Assembly: GCA_020632195.1 (NCBI GenBank)
Contig: JACKGA010000002.1
Coordinates: 2,896 to 66,895, forward strand
From: Candidatus Nomurabacteria bacterium
GTDB lineage: Bacteria > Patescibacteriota > Minisyncoccia > Phycocordibacterales > UBA1006
Reading direction: 5' to 3'
DNA length: 64,000 nucleotides
A program made the position numbers and the translations under genes. A model generated the notes under the pieces. It ran no database searches and was not told where the DNA came from. It saw nothing but the letters and a program-made list of their open reading frames with translations. This document shows, piece by piece, positions 32,509 to 40,695 of this stretch. Position 1 is the stretch's first letter; each line of letters starts with the position of its first letter.

Positions 32509-33212
32509 TATTGAGTAACGAAAGGATTATCTGATAATGAGGAAGCAGTACTCGTTCCACCTGTCTGAGCGCCCGTATTTTCAGATGCTGGTATGCTTTG
32601 TTGAGTATTCTTCTCAAAGAGCAATCCTTCCGGAGAGAGGATAATAAGTAAGCCAAACTTCACACGACCGGTGTCCTGTAATTCAAATTCTGAAAAAATG
32701 TGATCCTGTATCATGCGACTATCAGCAAATTTAACCGATTGTTGAGCAATAGCCTGATATGAGCGAGCCTGCCCCTCTATCGCCACGGTCCCCAGTCCTT
32801 CATCAGTAAATTCAAAATCAATAGAGTCGTATTGGATGCTCTTTAGCGTCATGTCATTCAACGAGTGGAAAAAGGGAGCAATAGAGCGGTGTGAGCGCAA
32901 AACTCCTGAAGCCTGATTCAAGCGCTCATCGAGCTGTTTGAGTGTAGCAATCAGCGATGGTTCGAATTGTTTTTCAGCAGTCTCAAGTTGACTTTCCATA
33001 TGTACAATGCGTTGTTCGAGGCTTTTTCGTAAAATAAACACCCCTGCAATAGAAACAAGAGCAACGAGCACACACAGTGTGGCGATAACTGTCAGTATGC
33101 TGACAGTCTGACGGACCTTTACACTGCCAGCGGCAGCAGGCGTGGTCGACCCTTTGGGGGCTCCAGCTGGAGCACCTTGTGGAATAAAAGTTGTTTGAAA
33201 GTTCTGTGGCAT
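32508..33212 (-). CDS. PilN-like pilus assembly protein
   Basis: Single TM helix (ILTVIATLCVLVALVSIAGVFIL) followed by a coiled coil. Start set at the ATG at 33212 (MPQNFQ). Position after pilM. Confidence 0.5.
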   Translation of the reverse strand: MPQNFQTTFIPQGAPAGAPKGSTTPAAAGSVKVRQTVSILTVIATLCVLVALVSIAGVFILRKSLEQRIVHMESQLETAEKQFEPSLIATLKQLDERLNQASGVLRSHRSIAPFFHSLNDMTLKSIQYDSIDFEFTDEGLGTVAIEGQARSYQAIAQQSVKFADSRMIQDHIFSEFELQDTGRVKFGLLIILSPEGLLFEKNTQQSIPASENTGAQTGGTSTASSLSDNPFVTQ

Positions 33213-33330
33213 AACAAATGAAAGTGTATTTATATTATACGCATGGATGAGTAAAGACACAAGGAGACATGTGTGTGATACGCTGCTCACTCATCTGTGA
33301 AATTGCTTCTCCTTCATAGAAGCTCAATGC

Positions 33331-34470
33331 CTACCCATTAAAACCTTTCAAAGCCGCACCAACAGCACAGGCAAATTCAGGTCCTACTGATTCAAGCACA
33401 GGACCAAGAAAGCCGGGCACGTCCACCATTTCAAATGGTTCGGCCTGCTGAATCGCAACATCAAATTGACTTTTCATGTGCTCAAGAAGTCCCGGCATAC
33501 GTGCTCCACCGCCAGAAAGTATTATATGATCAACAACTACATGATGTGTTTGCTCATATTTCTGTATTGAAGTGCGAATATCTTGAAGTAATCGACTCAC
33601 TCCTACCTGGAGTGTATTGACGACGTCAGACATGGTACCAGAAAGACCCACGGTGCGCTTGAGTTCTTCCGCCTTGGTAAATGAAATATCAAGAGAGCGC
33701 ATCAATGATTGTGTCCAGCTCTCGCTTCCTCGCACAGCAACATCGTATTGCATAACCATCCCATAATGCACGATAGCAATACGTACACCAGACGCACCAA
33801 TATCTACAATAGCAAAAGGCGTCAGCTCATGATGGTAGAGTGATCGCAAAATGCTAAAAATCTCAATCTCCATACCCTGTACCGTAAGCCCGGCTTGCGC
33901 GATAATGTTTCGATATCCAGATAAAGCATCATTACGTATTGCCGCAACTAAAATATCGCGCTCATTTGAAGGAGAAAGATGAGTGGAAGTATTTTCTTGT
34001 GCTTCTAATTCATATCGGTGCTGAATGTGATCAGGGACCACATTCCAATTCAAAGATACTTCTGATAAAGGAACGGGGATATATTTTCTCGCTTCATTGG
34101 GAACAACCGAATCGAGTGAAGAGAGCGCTTGCATGGGTAACTGAATAACAAACACCAAACTTGCAGACGACTGAATACTGATAATAGCGTGGGTCGCCGT
34201 GCTATGAGATTCTTTCAAAACATCGATCAGTGCTTGAGCAATAATATCAGGATCGGACTGCACGAGTACTCCTACTTCTTTTTGAGCATATGGACCAAGT
34301 GCTACTTCTCCATAGGTACCGAGTGTCAAAACTCCCTTGTCTTTCTTGAGTTCCACCAACTTGATAGAAGATGCCCCAATATCAATCCCAAGAATTGCTT
34401 GAGGTTTTTTTGTAAAGAGTGTCCCGAGCGAGCTGGATGCGCTCGAAAATAAATCAGTGATTGAAGACAT
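33331..34470 (-). CDS. pilM: Type IV pilus assembly protein PilM (actin-like ATPase)
   Basis: GIDIGASSIKLVELKK and VDIGASGVRIAIV phosphate motifs. ILSGGGARMPGL. Confidence 0.85.
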   Translation of the reverse strand: MSSITDLFSSASSSLGTLFTKKPQAILGIDIGASSIKLVELKKDKGVLTLGTYGEVALGPYAQKEVGVLVQSDPDIIAQALIDVLKESHSTATHAIISIQSSASLVFVIQLPMQALSSLDSVVPNEARKYIPVPLSEVSLNWNVVPDHIQHRYELEAQENTSTHLSPSNERDILVAAIRNDALSGYRNIIAQAGLTVQGMEIEIFSILRSLYHHELTPFAIVDIGASGVRIAIVHYGMVMQYDVAVRGSESWTQSLMRSLDISFTKAEELKRTVGLSGTMSDVVNTLQVGVSRLLQDIRTSIQKYEQTHHVVVDHIILSGGGARMPGLLEHMKSQFDVAIQQAEPFEMVDVPGFLGPVLESVGPEFACAVGAALKGFNG

Positions 34471-34562
34471 GAGAAGATTATAGCACAATCTGTTGTCTAG
34501 TTTCTAGGTATCCAGAATCCTACTGTCTTGAAAAATCAGAATGACCATCCTATACTAGGGTC

Positions 34563-35195
34563 ATGTTTTTGAAGACTGTGTCGCGCCTCATCCGTGCTCT
34601 CTTTTTTACTGAGCGTTGTATCGTCTGTCAGCATGAGGGCACGATCCTTCATGCTGCCTGTCTGTCACAGTTTCCCCCAAGCGATACTCACGCGTATTCC
34701 TGGATTTATAGCGCATGGAAATATCAATCTCCTGCGACCAAAAGACTTATTGCTCATATCAAAAAGCATGATTGTCCTGATCTTATAGAAAAATGTTTAC
34801 AAGCCTGCCCACTTCCCCACTCTGCAAAACAGACTCAACCCCTCATTATTCCCATACCTGCATCTGAAGAGCGCATGAAAAAATATGGATATAATCAAGC
34901 CAAAGCTATTGCTCACATATTTTCACACTATTATCAAGGAAGCATCGTATGTGATGTTCTCATGCATTCGGAAAAGATACGAGAGAAACAATCTCACATC
35001 TCTAACCGAAACAAACGCCTCGCGAATAAAAAGGGGGCGTATCTCCTAAAGAACACTACCCAAGACACAATATCTCATCGCCATATTATTCTTATCGATG
35101 ATGTAAGCACCACTGGAGCAACCCTTTTAGAAGCGCGACGTGTACTCATGGATCATGGAGCACTATCAGTTATAGGGTGGACCATTGCTCATTAA
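34563..35195 (+). CDS. comF: ComF family protein (phosphoribosyltransferase domain)
   Basis: N-terminal Cys-rich finger (CIVCQHEG...HAAC) and PRTase motif ILIDDVSTTGATL. Confidence 0.8.
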   Translation: MFLKTVSRLIRALFFTERCIVCQHEGTILHAACLSQFPPSDTHAYSWIYSAWKYQSPATKRLIAHIKKHDCPDLIEKCLQACPLPHSAKQTQPLIIPIPASEERMKKYGYNQAKAIAHIFSHYYQGSIVCDVLMHSEKIREKQSHISNRNKRLANKKGAYLLKNTTQDTISHRHIILIDDVSTTGATLLEARRVLMDHGALSVIGWTIAH

Positions 35196-35275
35196 AACGT
35201 GGTATACTAAATACCATTAATACACACTTATAAGTTGTCTCTTGTGAGTGCCTTAGATTTATTATTATCATTTGT

Positions 35276-36319
35276 ATGAAAAAAAGTATCACAATAATTA
35301 TTGTACTTATCGTCCTCGCGCTTATCGCCTGGTTTATTATTGCCACAGCAACAAAGATGCCAAAGAATCAGGTATCAGAACCCGTCGCTGGCTATGCCTT
35401 TACTACAACAGACGGAACTTCAGGAGCATTCACATTTACCTCGCCAGATAATACCTCTATGGCTCTCATGTTGGGCGGAGTATCCTACGACCTCAATCAA
35501 ACCCCATCAGCATCAGGGACGCGCTATGCAAACGCTGATGAAAGCGTCGTCTATTGGGAACACCAAGGCGAAGCAACTATCGAAATAGGAGGAACAACCT
35601 ATAGTACTCCAGCCTTGAATCAGGCTGAACTCCTTTCGTTCACTATTGCTCCCAACACTGTAGACTGCGTTGGCGTGGGACCTATGAAATGTCTTGTGGT
35701 AAATGGTGAGTATTTCTATGATCATATCAATGGATTTGATTTTGTCGAAGGAAATGAATATGAGATTATCGTAGCTCGTACTGAGCGTGAAGATGCTCCT
35801 GCAGATGCAAGCATTTATGAGTATCAACTGGTAGAAGTTATTTCTGTAAACGGCTCAAAGACTGATGGATATATGACCCCAGATAATACCCTACCCGTTA
35901 TCAATCCTTCAGAGTATCCAGCACTACAAGACGATGATGTCGAAACAGTAGAACATACCACGCCAGAGGGTAGTCTCGATGAGGCCACCGAAGACGAGGT
36001 AGAAGCAGAAGCAGAAACCCCACTCTTGCGATATAGCCCAGAAGGGACCTCATGGTCATACAATGGCGGAACGCTTACATTCCAAGACGGTCGCTACATG
36101 GCAGATTTTGGATGTAACTCTATAAGTGGATCATTCTCAGTAGAACGGACAGAACTTACTTTTGATATGCCGATAAGTACAAAAATGGCATGCGAAGAAG
36201 ATATCATGACAAAAGAACAATCGTTTGCAGAGATGATTGTTCAGATGGATACATTTTCAGAGACAGAAACAGGCGCCCTTCTCTCGGGCGATGGAGTCGA
36301 AATGGCGTTGGAGAAATAA
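35276..36319 (+). CDS. Membrane-anchored fusion protein: MliC-like + DUF4377-like + META domain
   Basis: N-terminal TM helix. SASGTRYANADESVVYWEHQGEATI is MliC-like. DCVGVGPMKCLVVNGEYFYDHINGFDFVEGNEYEI is DUF4377-like. GCNSISGSFSVERTELTFDMPISTKMACEED is META/HslJ-like. Confidence 0.6.
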   Translation: MKKSITIIIVLIVLALIAWFIIATATKMPKNQVSEPVAGYAFTTTDGTSGAFTFTSPDNTSMALMLGGVSYDLNQTPSASGTRYANADESVVYWEHQGEATIEIGGTTYSTPALNQAELLSFTIAPNTVDCVGVGPMKCLVVNGEYFYDHINGFDFVEGNEYEIIVARTEREDAPADASIYEYQLVEVISVNGSKTDGYMTPDNTLPVINPSEYPALQDDDVETVEHTTPEGSLDEATEDEVEAEAETPLLRYSPEGTSWSYNGGTLTFQDGRYMADFGCNSISGSFSVERTELTFDMPISTKMACEEDIMTKEQSFAEMIVQMDTFSETETGALLSGDGVEMALEK

Positions 36320-36349
36320 CACTTCAGTACTTTATTCATCAGAAGATAC

Positions 36350-36380
36350 AAGCGTTTGGATATACTCCAAACGCTTTTTC
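36350..36380 (+). terminator. Rho-independent terminator
   Basis: AAGCGTTTGGA tatac TCCAAACGCTT followed by TTTTC. Confidence 0.75.
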
Positions 36381-36463
36381 TTTAGGTGCTTAACTCCAAA
36401 ACGCTAGAGAAGACCCAACGTAACTACGCGTGGTGGTCATTTGATAGTTCAACAAAACCCAAC

Positions 36464-37060
36464 CTAAAGAGGGATACTTATATCGAGTCCTTGGAGTAGC
36501 CATGTATACAAAATAAGTGTAACTCCAAAAATAAATAATGTAACAATTATTTTATATATTAAACGATGCTTATGGTATTCTTTACGTTCTGAGTGCTTCA
36601 CCACATCGATGAGCTCATCTCCAAAATAAATAGAAAAAAGGGTCCCTATGATAGAAAGTAAGATAATCCCCCAGAAAGGAAATGGTTGAGAGAGAATCTG
36701 GTGGAAGAGTTTAAGAATAACCGTTTTGTTATATATTTCTGGCGTGAAAAAAAATGCATAGAGATTCAACAGAAGAGCCAGAAGAAATGATACTAATTGT
36801 GTATACATCATCTTAATTTTAAATAATAGTCTGATTGGAAAAGCTAAGATGAATCCAGCATCTGCAATAGGAGTAGAAAAGACAAAAAACGACCACGTAA
36901 GGAGCGTAACAAAAAACCCATCTTTGACACCAAACTTCAAGGACATGTAGGCCAGGTAGAAAAGAATGAGGATAACTAAAAAGATAAACTTAAGAAGAGT
37001 TTCCTTCTTTGTTTCGTGTTTGATCCAGGAGTGTCTAGATATGGAAGTCATTTCATTCAT
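36464..37060 (-). CDS. Hypothetical polytopic membrane protein
   Basis: 198 aa with 5-6 predicted TM helices. No family recognised. Confidence 0.55.
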   Translation of the reverse strand: MNEMTSISRHSWIKHETKKETLLKFIFLVILILFYLAYMSLKFGVKDGFFVTLLTWSFFVFSTPIADAGFILAFPIRLLFKIKMMYTQLVSFLLALLLNLYAFFFTPEIYNKTVILKLFHQILSQPFPFWGIILLSIIGTLFSIYFGDELIDVVKHSERKEYHKHRLIYKIIVTLFIFGVTLILYTWLLQGLDISIPL

Positions 37061-37221
37061 AGATAGTAAATAATATTATCAAAATATGCAGCCTATGTGA
37101 ATTCTGTGCTTTATATTTTAAATGAACAAAGAAGTGATGCATTACTATATACAAAAACCACCTCTTTAGTCAGTTTCTATTTTGTATAAGGTATCTGAGT
37201 CTATCCGATACTTTATAGTGT

Positions 37222-37326
37222 TGGCGGAGGGAGTGGGATTCACTGCACCGCATTATTTCAATACTCACTTCGTTCGTGTGAAATATATGCTCCCAGCACC
37301 TTGCTTCTCATCTCGCCAACCTCACA
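37222..37326 (-). pseudogene. Degenerate tRNA-Ser-like remnant (old attachment-site scar?)
   Basis: TTGGCGGAGGGAGTGGGATTC parallels the real tRNA-Ser 3' end TTGGCGGAGAGTAAGGGATTC (43297-43317). ACTTCGTT and GCCAAC(C/T)TC blocks are also shared. No cloverleaf can be folded. Confidence 0.5.
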
Positions 37327-37330
37327 ACAA

Positions 37331-37373
37331 ACTAAAATTTCCCAATACATATAGCATTGGGAAATTTTAGTTT
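37331..37373. repeat. Perfect 16-bp palindromic hairpin
   Basis: ACTAAAATTTCCCAAT ... ATTGGGAAATTTTAGT with a loop of about 11 nt. No flanking U-run on either strand. Confidence 0.7.
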
Positions 37374-37374
37374 G

Positions 37375-37427
37375 TGCGGGCCACGTGAGTTAAGTGCCCA
37401 CACTTCCAAGCACCACAAGGGTTTCTA
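37375..37427. repeat. Junction module copy R1 (53 nt identical to 38688-38740)
   Basis: TGCGGGCCACGTGAGTTAAGTGCCCACACTTCCAAGCACCACAAGGGTTTCTA is identical in both copies. A diverged third copy lies at 38159-38210. Confidence 0.85.
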
Positions 37428-37510
37428 AGCGGTTTTATTCTATCAAAATTAGGGCACGTGGGTCAGGGTGTATAATTTGTTTTACAAATTAAATAATATC
37501 CTTAAGTACA

Positions 37511-38095
37511 TTAATCCTTAAAAGAAATTTGTTTCTCAAATGGCTTTGTTCCATCAACAACAAGGCTTGCTTTGTTTTTTGGGTTATAGTTGTTTAAGTA
37601 GATATCTTCTTCAGCGAGCCATTTTTTCCACAGTATTGTAAGTTCCTCTCTGTCTTTTCCATCACCCACGTCTCTTTCTACTCCACGAATAAGACAAATA
37701 TCTTTTGGCGTATCTACGAAAATATTGAAAGAGATATAATCTTGAAATTCTTTCCGTGAAGAACTTAAGCCTTCTAGTATTATTATATTTGAAACAGGTT
37801 GATTTGTTATCGGCTTGGGGTGATGGTCTTTCCACCAGCTCGTTGGTTGGTAAGAAAGTGATTTTGAGCCATTGATAATTGGTTGGAATATTTTTTCAAT
37901 GATGCTTGGCCACCAATCCAAAGTATTATCCCAGCTGGCAAAATCATCGGTGCGAATAATCTCAGCATTTAATTTTTTTGATAATAGTTTTGCTAATGTA
38001 GATTTACCAGACCCTCCACGTCCATCTATTGCAATAAACTTTACATCTCTAACCTTCGGTTTGGCTGAGGAAATTTTTTCTAAAAGTTTAAACAT
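37511..38095 (-). CDS. P-loop nucleoside/nucleotide kinase-like protein (uridine kinase-like fold)
   Basis: Walker A IAIDGRGGSGKSTLAK, IIILEG, and FVDTPKDICLIRGVERD lid-like segment. Cassette gene 1. Confidence 0.6.
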   Translation of the reverse strand: MFKLLEKISSAKPKVRDVKFIAIDGRGGSGKSTLAKLLSKKLNAEIIRTDDFASWDNTLDWWPSIIEKIFQPIINGSKSLSYQPTSWWKDHHPKPITNQPVSNIIILEGLSSSRKEFQDYISFNIFVDTPKDICLIRGVERDVGDGKDREELTILWKKWLAEEDIYLNNYNPKNKASLVVDGTKPFEKQISFKD

Positions 38096-38140
38096 AAATT
38101 TATTTTAACTTAATTAAAATAAAAAAAGTACTCGGGTCAT

Positions 38141-38210
38141 CCGATACTTTTTTCTTAATGCGGGCCACTCGGGTTAAGTACCCACAACTCCAAACACCAT
38201 AAGGGTTCCT
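38141..38210. repeat. Junction module copy R2
   Basis: CCGATACTTTTTTCTTAA-TGCGG-GCCACTCGGGTTAAGTACCCACAACTCCAAACACCATAAGGGTTCCT. This is a diverged copy of R1/R3 plus the hairpin/T-run shared with R3 and R4. Confidence 0.8.
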
Positions 38211-38255
38211 GGGAAAAGTTTAGACATAAAAAATAAGGTACATGGGTTTAGATTA

Positions 38256-38627
38256 CTATTCAATGTCAACGGAATAGGTACTTCCAAATTCTTTTTGTAA
38301 CATTTTCTGTAATTGATTTCTGGGGATTTGAAGTGGCCCTAATTTTAATGAATAAGAATCACCTATCACAATTTCTTTTTCAAAAAATTTTAAAAAACCA
38401 CCACCTTGATTAGTGAGATCATTCTCGAATCTATCTTCTAATTGTTGTCGTATTTGTAAATGTTCATGAAAAGGCATCGTAGCAAAAAGAAAACCTTTTT
38501 GATTTTTTAGGAGTACATACTTCTGTACCCCACCAAATTTCTTTATATCATCATCTATTTCTATTATTGATCCAACTAAGTTAAGTGGGTTATTTTCTTT
38601 TGTTTCCTTAAAAGGGTTTGATTCCAT
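38256..38627 (-). CDS. Hypothetical protein (cassette gene 2)
   Basis: 123-aa ORF bounded by junction modules. No family recognised. Confidence 0.5.
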   Translation of the reverse strand: MESNPFKETKENNPLNLVGSIIEIDDDIKKFGGVQKYVLLKNQKGFLFATMPFHEHLQIRQQLEDRFENDLTNQGGGFLKFFEKEIVIGDSYSLKLGPLQIPRNQLQKMLQKEFGSTYSVDIE

Positions 38628-38669
38628 ACTTTCATTATAATTTATTTAAATAAATATCTCTAGATCACA

Positions 38670-38740
38670 TCGATACTTTTTTCTTAATGCGGGCCACGTG
38701 AGTTAAGTGCCCACACTTCCAAGCACCACAAGGGTTTCTA
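38670..38740. repeat. Junction module copy R3
   Basis: TCGATACTTTTTTCTTAA-TGCGG-GCCACGTGAGTTAAG... The 53-nt right part is identical to R1. Confidence 0.85.
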
Positions 38741-38781
38741 GAGGTATATTCTGAAATAGGAATAAGGAGTGCGGGTCAACA

Positions 38782-39477
38782 TTATTTATCTAATAGATTT
38801 ACAGATTCAGCAATTTGCTTAATTTCGGGGAAACTATCTGAGTAGCCACTAAATGCAAGTCCACCAAATTTTTCAAAAGGGAGCTTAACTAAAATATCAA
38901 TCAAATGCAGGTCATCCCTACTTCCTGACAGTATCTCATTACAATATCCCGCATCTGACCCTGGTTGTTTATAGAAATCCTCACAAGAAAATGGATTTCG
39001 TTCAACTGCCCAGCTGTCTAGGTTAGCTCTTTCTAGTTGAGAGATGTTAAGAGCTGTTTCAGTTCCGTTCGTACTGTAAGCAACATACTCAGGAACTACA
39101 AAACCATCTGCATCTGAAAAGCCAATAACAAACTTATTAAGATATCCACTTCCTTCGCTATATCGGTAATCTTTTGAAGATGCAAAGAAGTGCATCTCAT
39201 CACTTTTATGGTTAATTAGCTTTCCAATAAAAATCTTCCCCTGGGCTATCTTGTGACCACCTAGACTATCACACGGCATATTTTCTACACAGATTTCAGA
39301 AAAAATTTTGTATTCTTTTGGGTAATAAAAACTAATACCTAGAGTTTCATTACGATACTCTAAAAGATTAGTGTTTCTTTGGATCTCATTGTGTGACAAA
39401 TCTTTTTCACGAGAAGTAAAAATGAACAATACTAACAATAAAGCTATTAATAAAAAGGGTAAGATATATTTTTTCAT
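38782..39477 (-). CDS. Hypothetical secreted protein (cassette gene 3)
   Basis: 231 aa with an N-terminal signal/TM (YILPFLLIALLLVLFIF). No family recognised. Confidence 0.55.
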   Translation of the reverse strand: MKKYILPFLLIALLLVLFIFTSREKDLSHNEIQRNTNLLEYRNETLGISFYYPKEYKIFSEICVENMPCDSLGGHKIAQGKIFIGKLINHKSDEMHFFASSKDYRYSEGSGYLNKFVIGFSDADGFVVPEYVAYSTNGTETALNISQLERANLDSWAVERNPFSCEDFYKQPGSDAGYCNEILSGSRDDLHLIDILVKLPFEKFGGLAFSGYSDSFPEIKQIAESVNLLDK

Positions 39478-39540
39478 ATATTTTAATTATAACACAAAAA
39501 CCACCTTCCTAGGTGGCTTCTGTTTTACAGACTATCTGGG

Positions 39541-39584
39541 TCTATCCGATACTTTTTTCTTACTGCGGAGAGTAAGGGATTCGG
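39541..39584. repeat. Junction module copy R4 carrying a 19-nt tRNA-Ser 3' fragment
   Basis: TCTATCCGATACTTTTTTCTTAC-TGCGG-AGAGTAAGGGATTCG. GCGGAGAGTAAGGGATTCG equals 43300-43318 of the intact tRNA-Ser. The left 80 nt parallels 37151-37220. Confidence 0.8.
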
Positions 39585-39684
39585 TCACCACTGTGGATCC
39601 TCGCTAAAATCTTTCAGATTTTACTGCGGTCTCACAGTCTCGACCCCGATTTTTCTCACCCTATACTCTCTCGCTCGCAAACAA

Positions 39685-39709
39685 AAACAAACGCTATTCG
39701 CGTTTGTTT
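39685..39709 (-). terminator. Probable native terminator of tRNA-Ser, now separated from it by the inserted element
   Basis: AAACAAACGC tattc GCGTTTGTTT. On the minus strand it is followed by UUGUUUG. It lies 8 nt outside the element boundary core at 39718-39721. Confidence 0.5.
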
Positions 39710-39717
39710 TCTAGCTC

Positions 39718-39943
39718 GCGGTGTTTGTTGGACAAAGTTCGAAACTATTTCGAGCAAAATCCAAATGATTAAAACTACTAAAAAGGACTCGGCAGGGCGA
39801 AACAATTTGTCTGGGGTTTCGGATTCGCCCTGCCTCGGCTGATTTCCCGCCCGCAGGAGGGGTCTGGGGAGGAATGCGGGCGGGTTTCGGAACCCTTTTT
39901 CCAAAAACGAATTTTGAATTTTGTTTTTCAAAATGCGTCGCCT
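39718..39943 (-). repeat. Inverted repeat X, left copy (226 bp; partner 41443-41668)
   Basis: The reverse complement matches 41443-41668 with one substitution seen (TTTTTGGAAAAAGGG vs TTTTTGAAAAAAGGG). Confidence 0.9.
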
Positions 39944-39954
39944 AAACCTTAAAA

Positions 39955-40323
39955 CTACAAATTCACTTTATCTTTATCAACCTCTTTCTTAAATTTTACC
40001 CTATCCAAATTTTCCAATTGCCTTTCCGTTAATTTTACATCAATAATTTTTCCGATACCAACTTTTAGCCCAGTAGCATTTAATAATCTAATTAAAGCCA
40101 ATTGATTCATAAGCTGATTTCGCATTTTTTCATTTTGATTTAAAATTTCTGAATTTTCCTCTAACGCTCCCATGGCTTCTTCCATTACCTGTTTATTTTC
40201 ACCTTTAACAACGCTACCGAGTTTAAATGTCCACTTGCCGTCTTGTTGATGAAATAAAACATTTTCCTGCCCAACTAAATCAATAAATTTCCCTGATGCT
40301 TCAAAATATTCCTTGAATCTCAA
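39955..40323 (-). CDS. Hypothetical protein (element cargo; start uncertain, TTG)
   Basis: 122-aa ORF in the same frame as the upstream 98-aa ORF, separated from it by three stop codons. No ATG start. Confidence 0.35.
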   Translation of the reverse strand: MRFKEYFEASGKFIDLVGQENVLFHQQDGKWTFKLGSVVKGENKQVMEEAMGALEENSEILNQNEKMRNQLMNQLALIRLLNATGLKVGIGKIIDVKLTERQLENLDRVKFKKEVDKDKVNL

Positions 40324-40398
40324 TAAAAATTCTCTCGCACAATCTGCAAATTCTTTTTGTCTTTATCCGTTAGCTCAAAAATTGATTTTAATTTTTCG

Positions 40399-40695
40399 TT
40401 AAATTTCAAAAAGTCTTTTTTCATCAAATTCGCCACCACCTAAAAGTGCTTTATTCATTTTGTCATAAGCTTCTCTATTTTCCTCAACAGACGGGTCTTG
40501 CTCAGTATAGCCAGTAATAAAATCTTTTTTGTTCGGGTCTTTAAAAATATCACTCGCTTCCTGTATTGAAATTACACCCTCAATATTTTGCGAAATACCG
40601 TCTTGTTCAACACTTATTTTTGCACCAATACTTTTCACGCAAACAGTGTTCCTGCCCAAAATGTTTGTATAACTGTTCATTTTTACTATTTTCAC
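40399..40695 (-). CDS. Hypothetical protein (element cargo)
   Basis: 98-aa ORF whose ATG overlaps the stop of the upstream frameshifted gene (ATGA). Confidence 0.4.
   Translation of the reverse strand: MKIVKMNSYTNILGRNTVCVKSIGAKISVEQDGISQNIEGVISIQEASDIFKDPNKKDFITGYTEQDPSVEENREAYDKMNKALLGGGEFDEKRLFEI

Noticed and set aside
37375-38740. Possible CRISPR array, since R1/R2/R3 repeats separate unique segments. The heptamer array at 60646-60687 was also considered.
   Set aside because: The 'spacers' are 0.4-0.7-kb protein-coding genes. The repeats are 53-70 nt, unevenly spaced and diverged. No cas genes are present. The heptamer array has no spacers at all.
37375-38740. R1-R3 as tRNA or tRNA-like genes, because GTGGCCCGCA resembles an acceptor 3' end on the minus strand.
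   Set aside because: No complementary 5' acceptor strand, no canonical T-loop and no anticodon arm could be folded. A possible R1/R2 compensatory change (GTGCCC/GGGCAC vs GTACC/GGTAC) is not supported by R3.
39585-39650. Possible tRNA-Phe-like stem-loop on the minus strand (AAAAU-CUGAAAG-AUUUU, anticodon GAA) next to the tRNA-Ser fragment.
   Set aside because: Only the anticodon-arm-like hairpin is present. No acceptor, D or T arms pair. It is probably a chance AT-rich hairpin within old att-scar sequence.
39656-39931. 91-aa ORF (MKNKIQNSFLEKGFRNPPAFLPRPLLRAGNQPRQGESETP...) and its twin at 41455-41730, which look like a duplicated small protein gene.
   Set aside because: Both lie entirely within the GC-rich, hairpin-dense X repeat. 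The Pro/Arg/Gly-rich translation is what GC-rich stems give in any frame. There is no SD, and the two copies diverge exactly where the DNA repeat ends. I treat them as by-products of the repeat, not genes.
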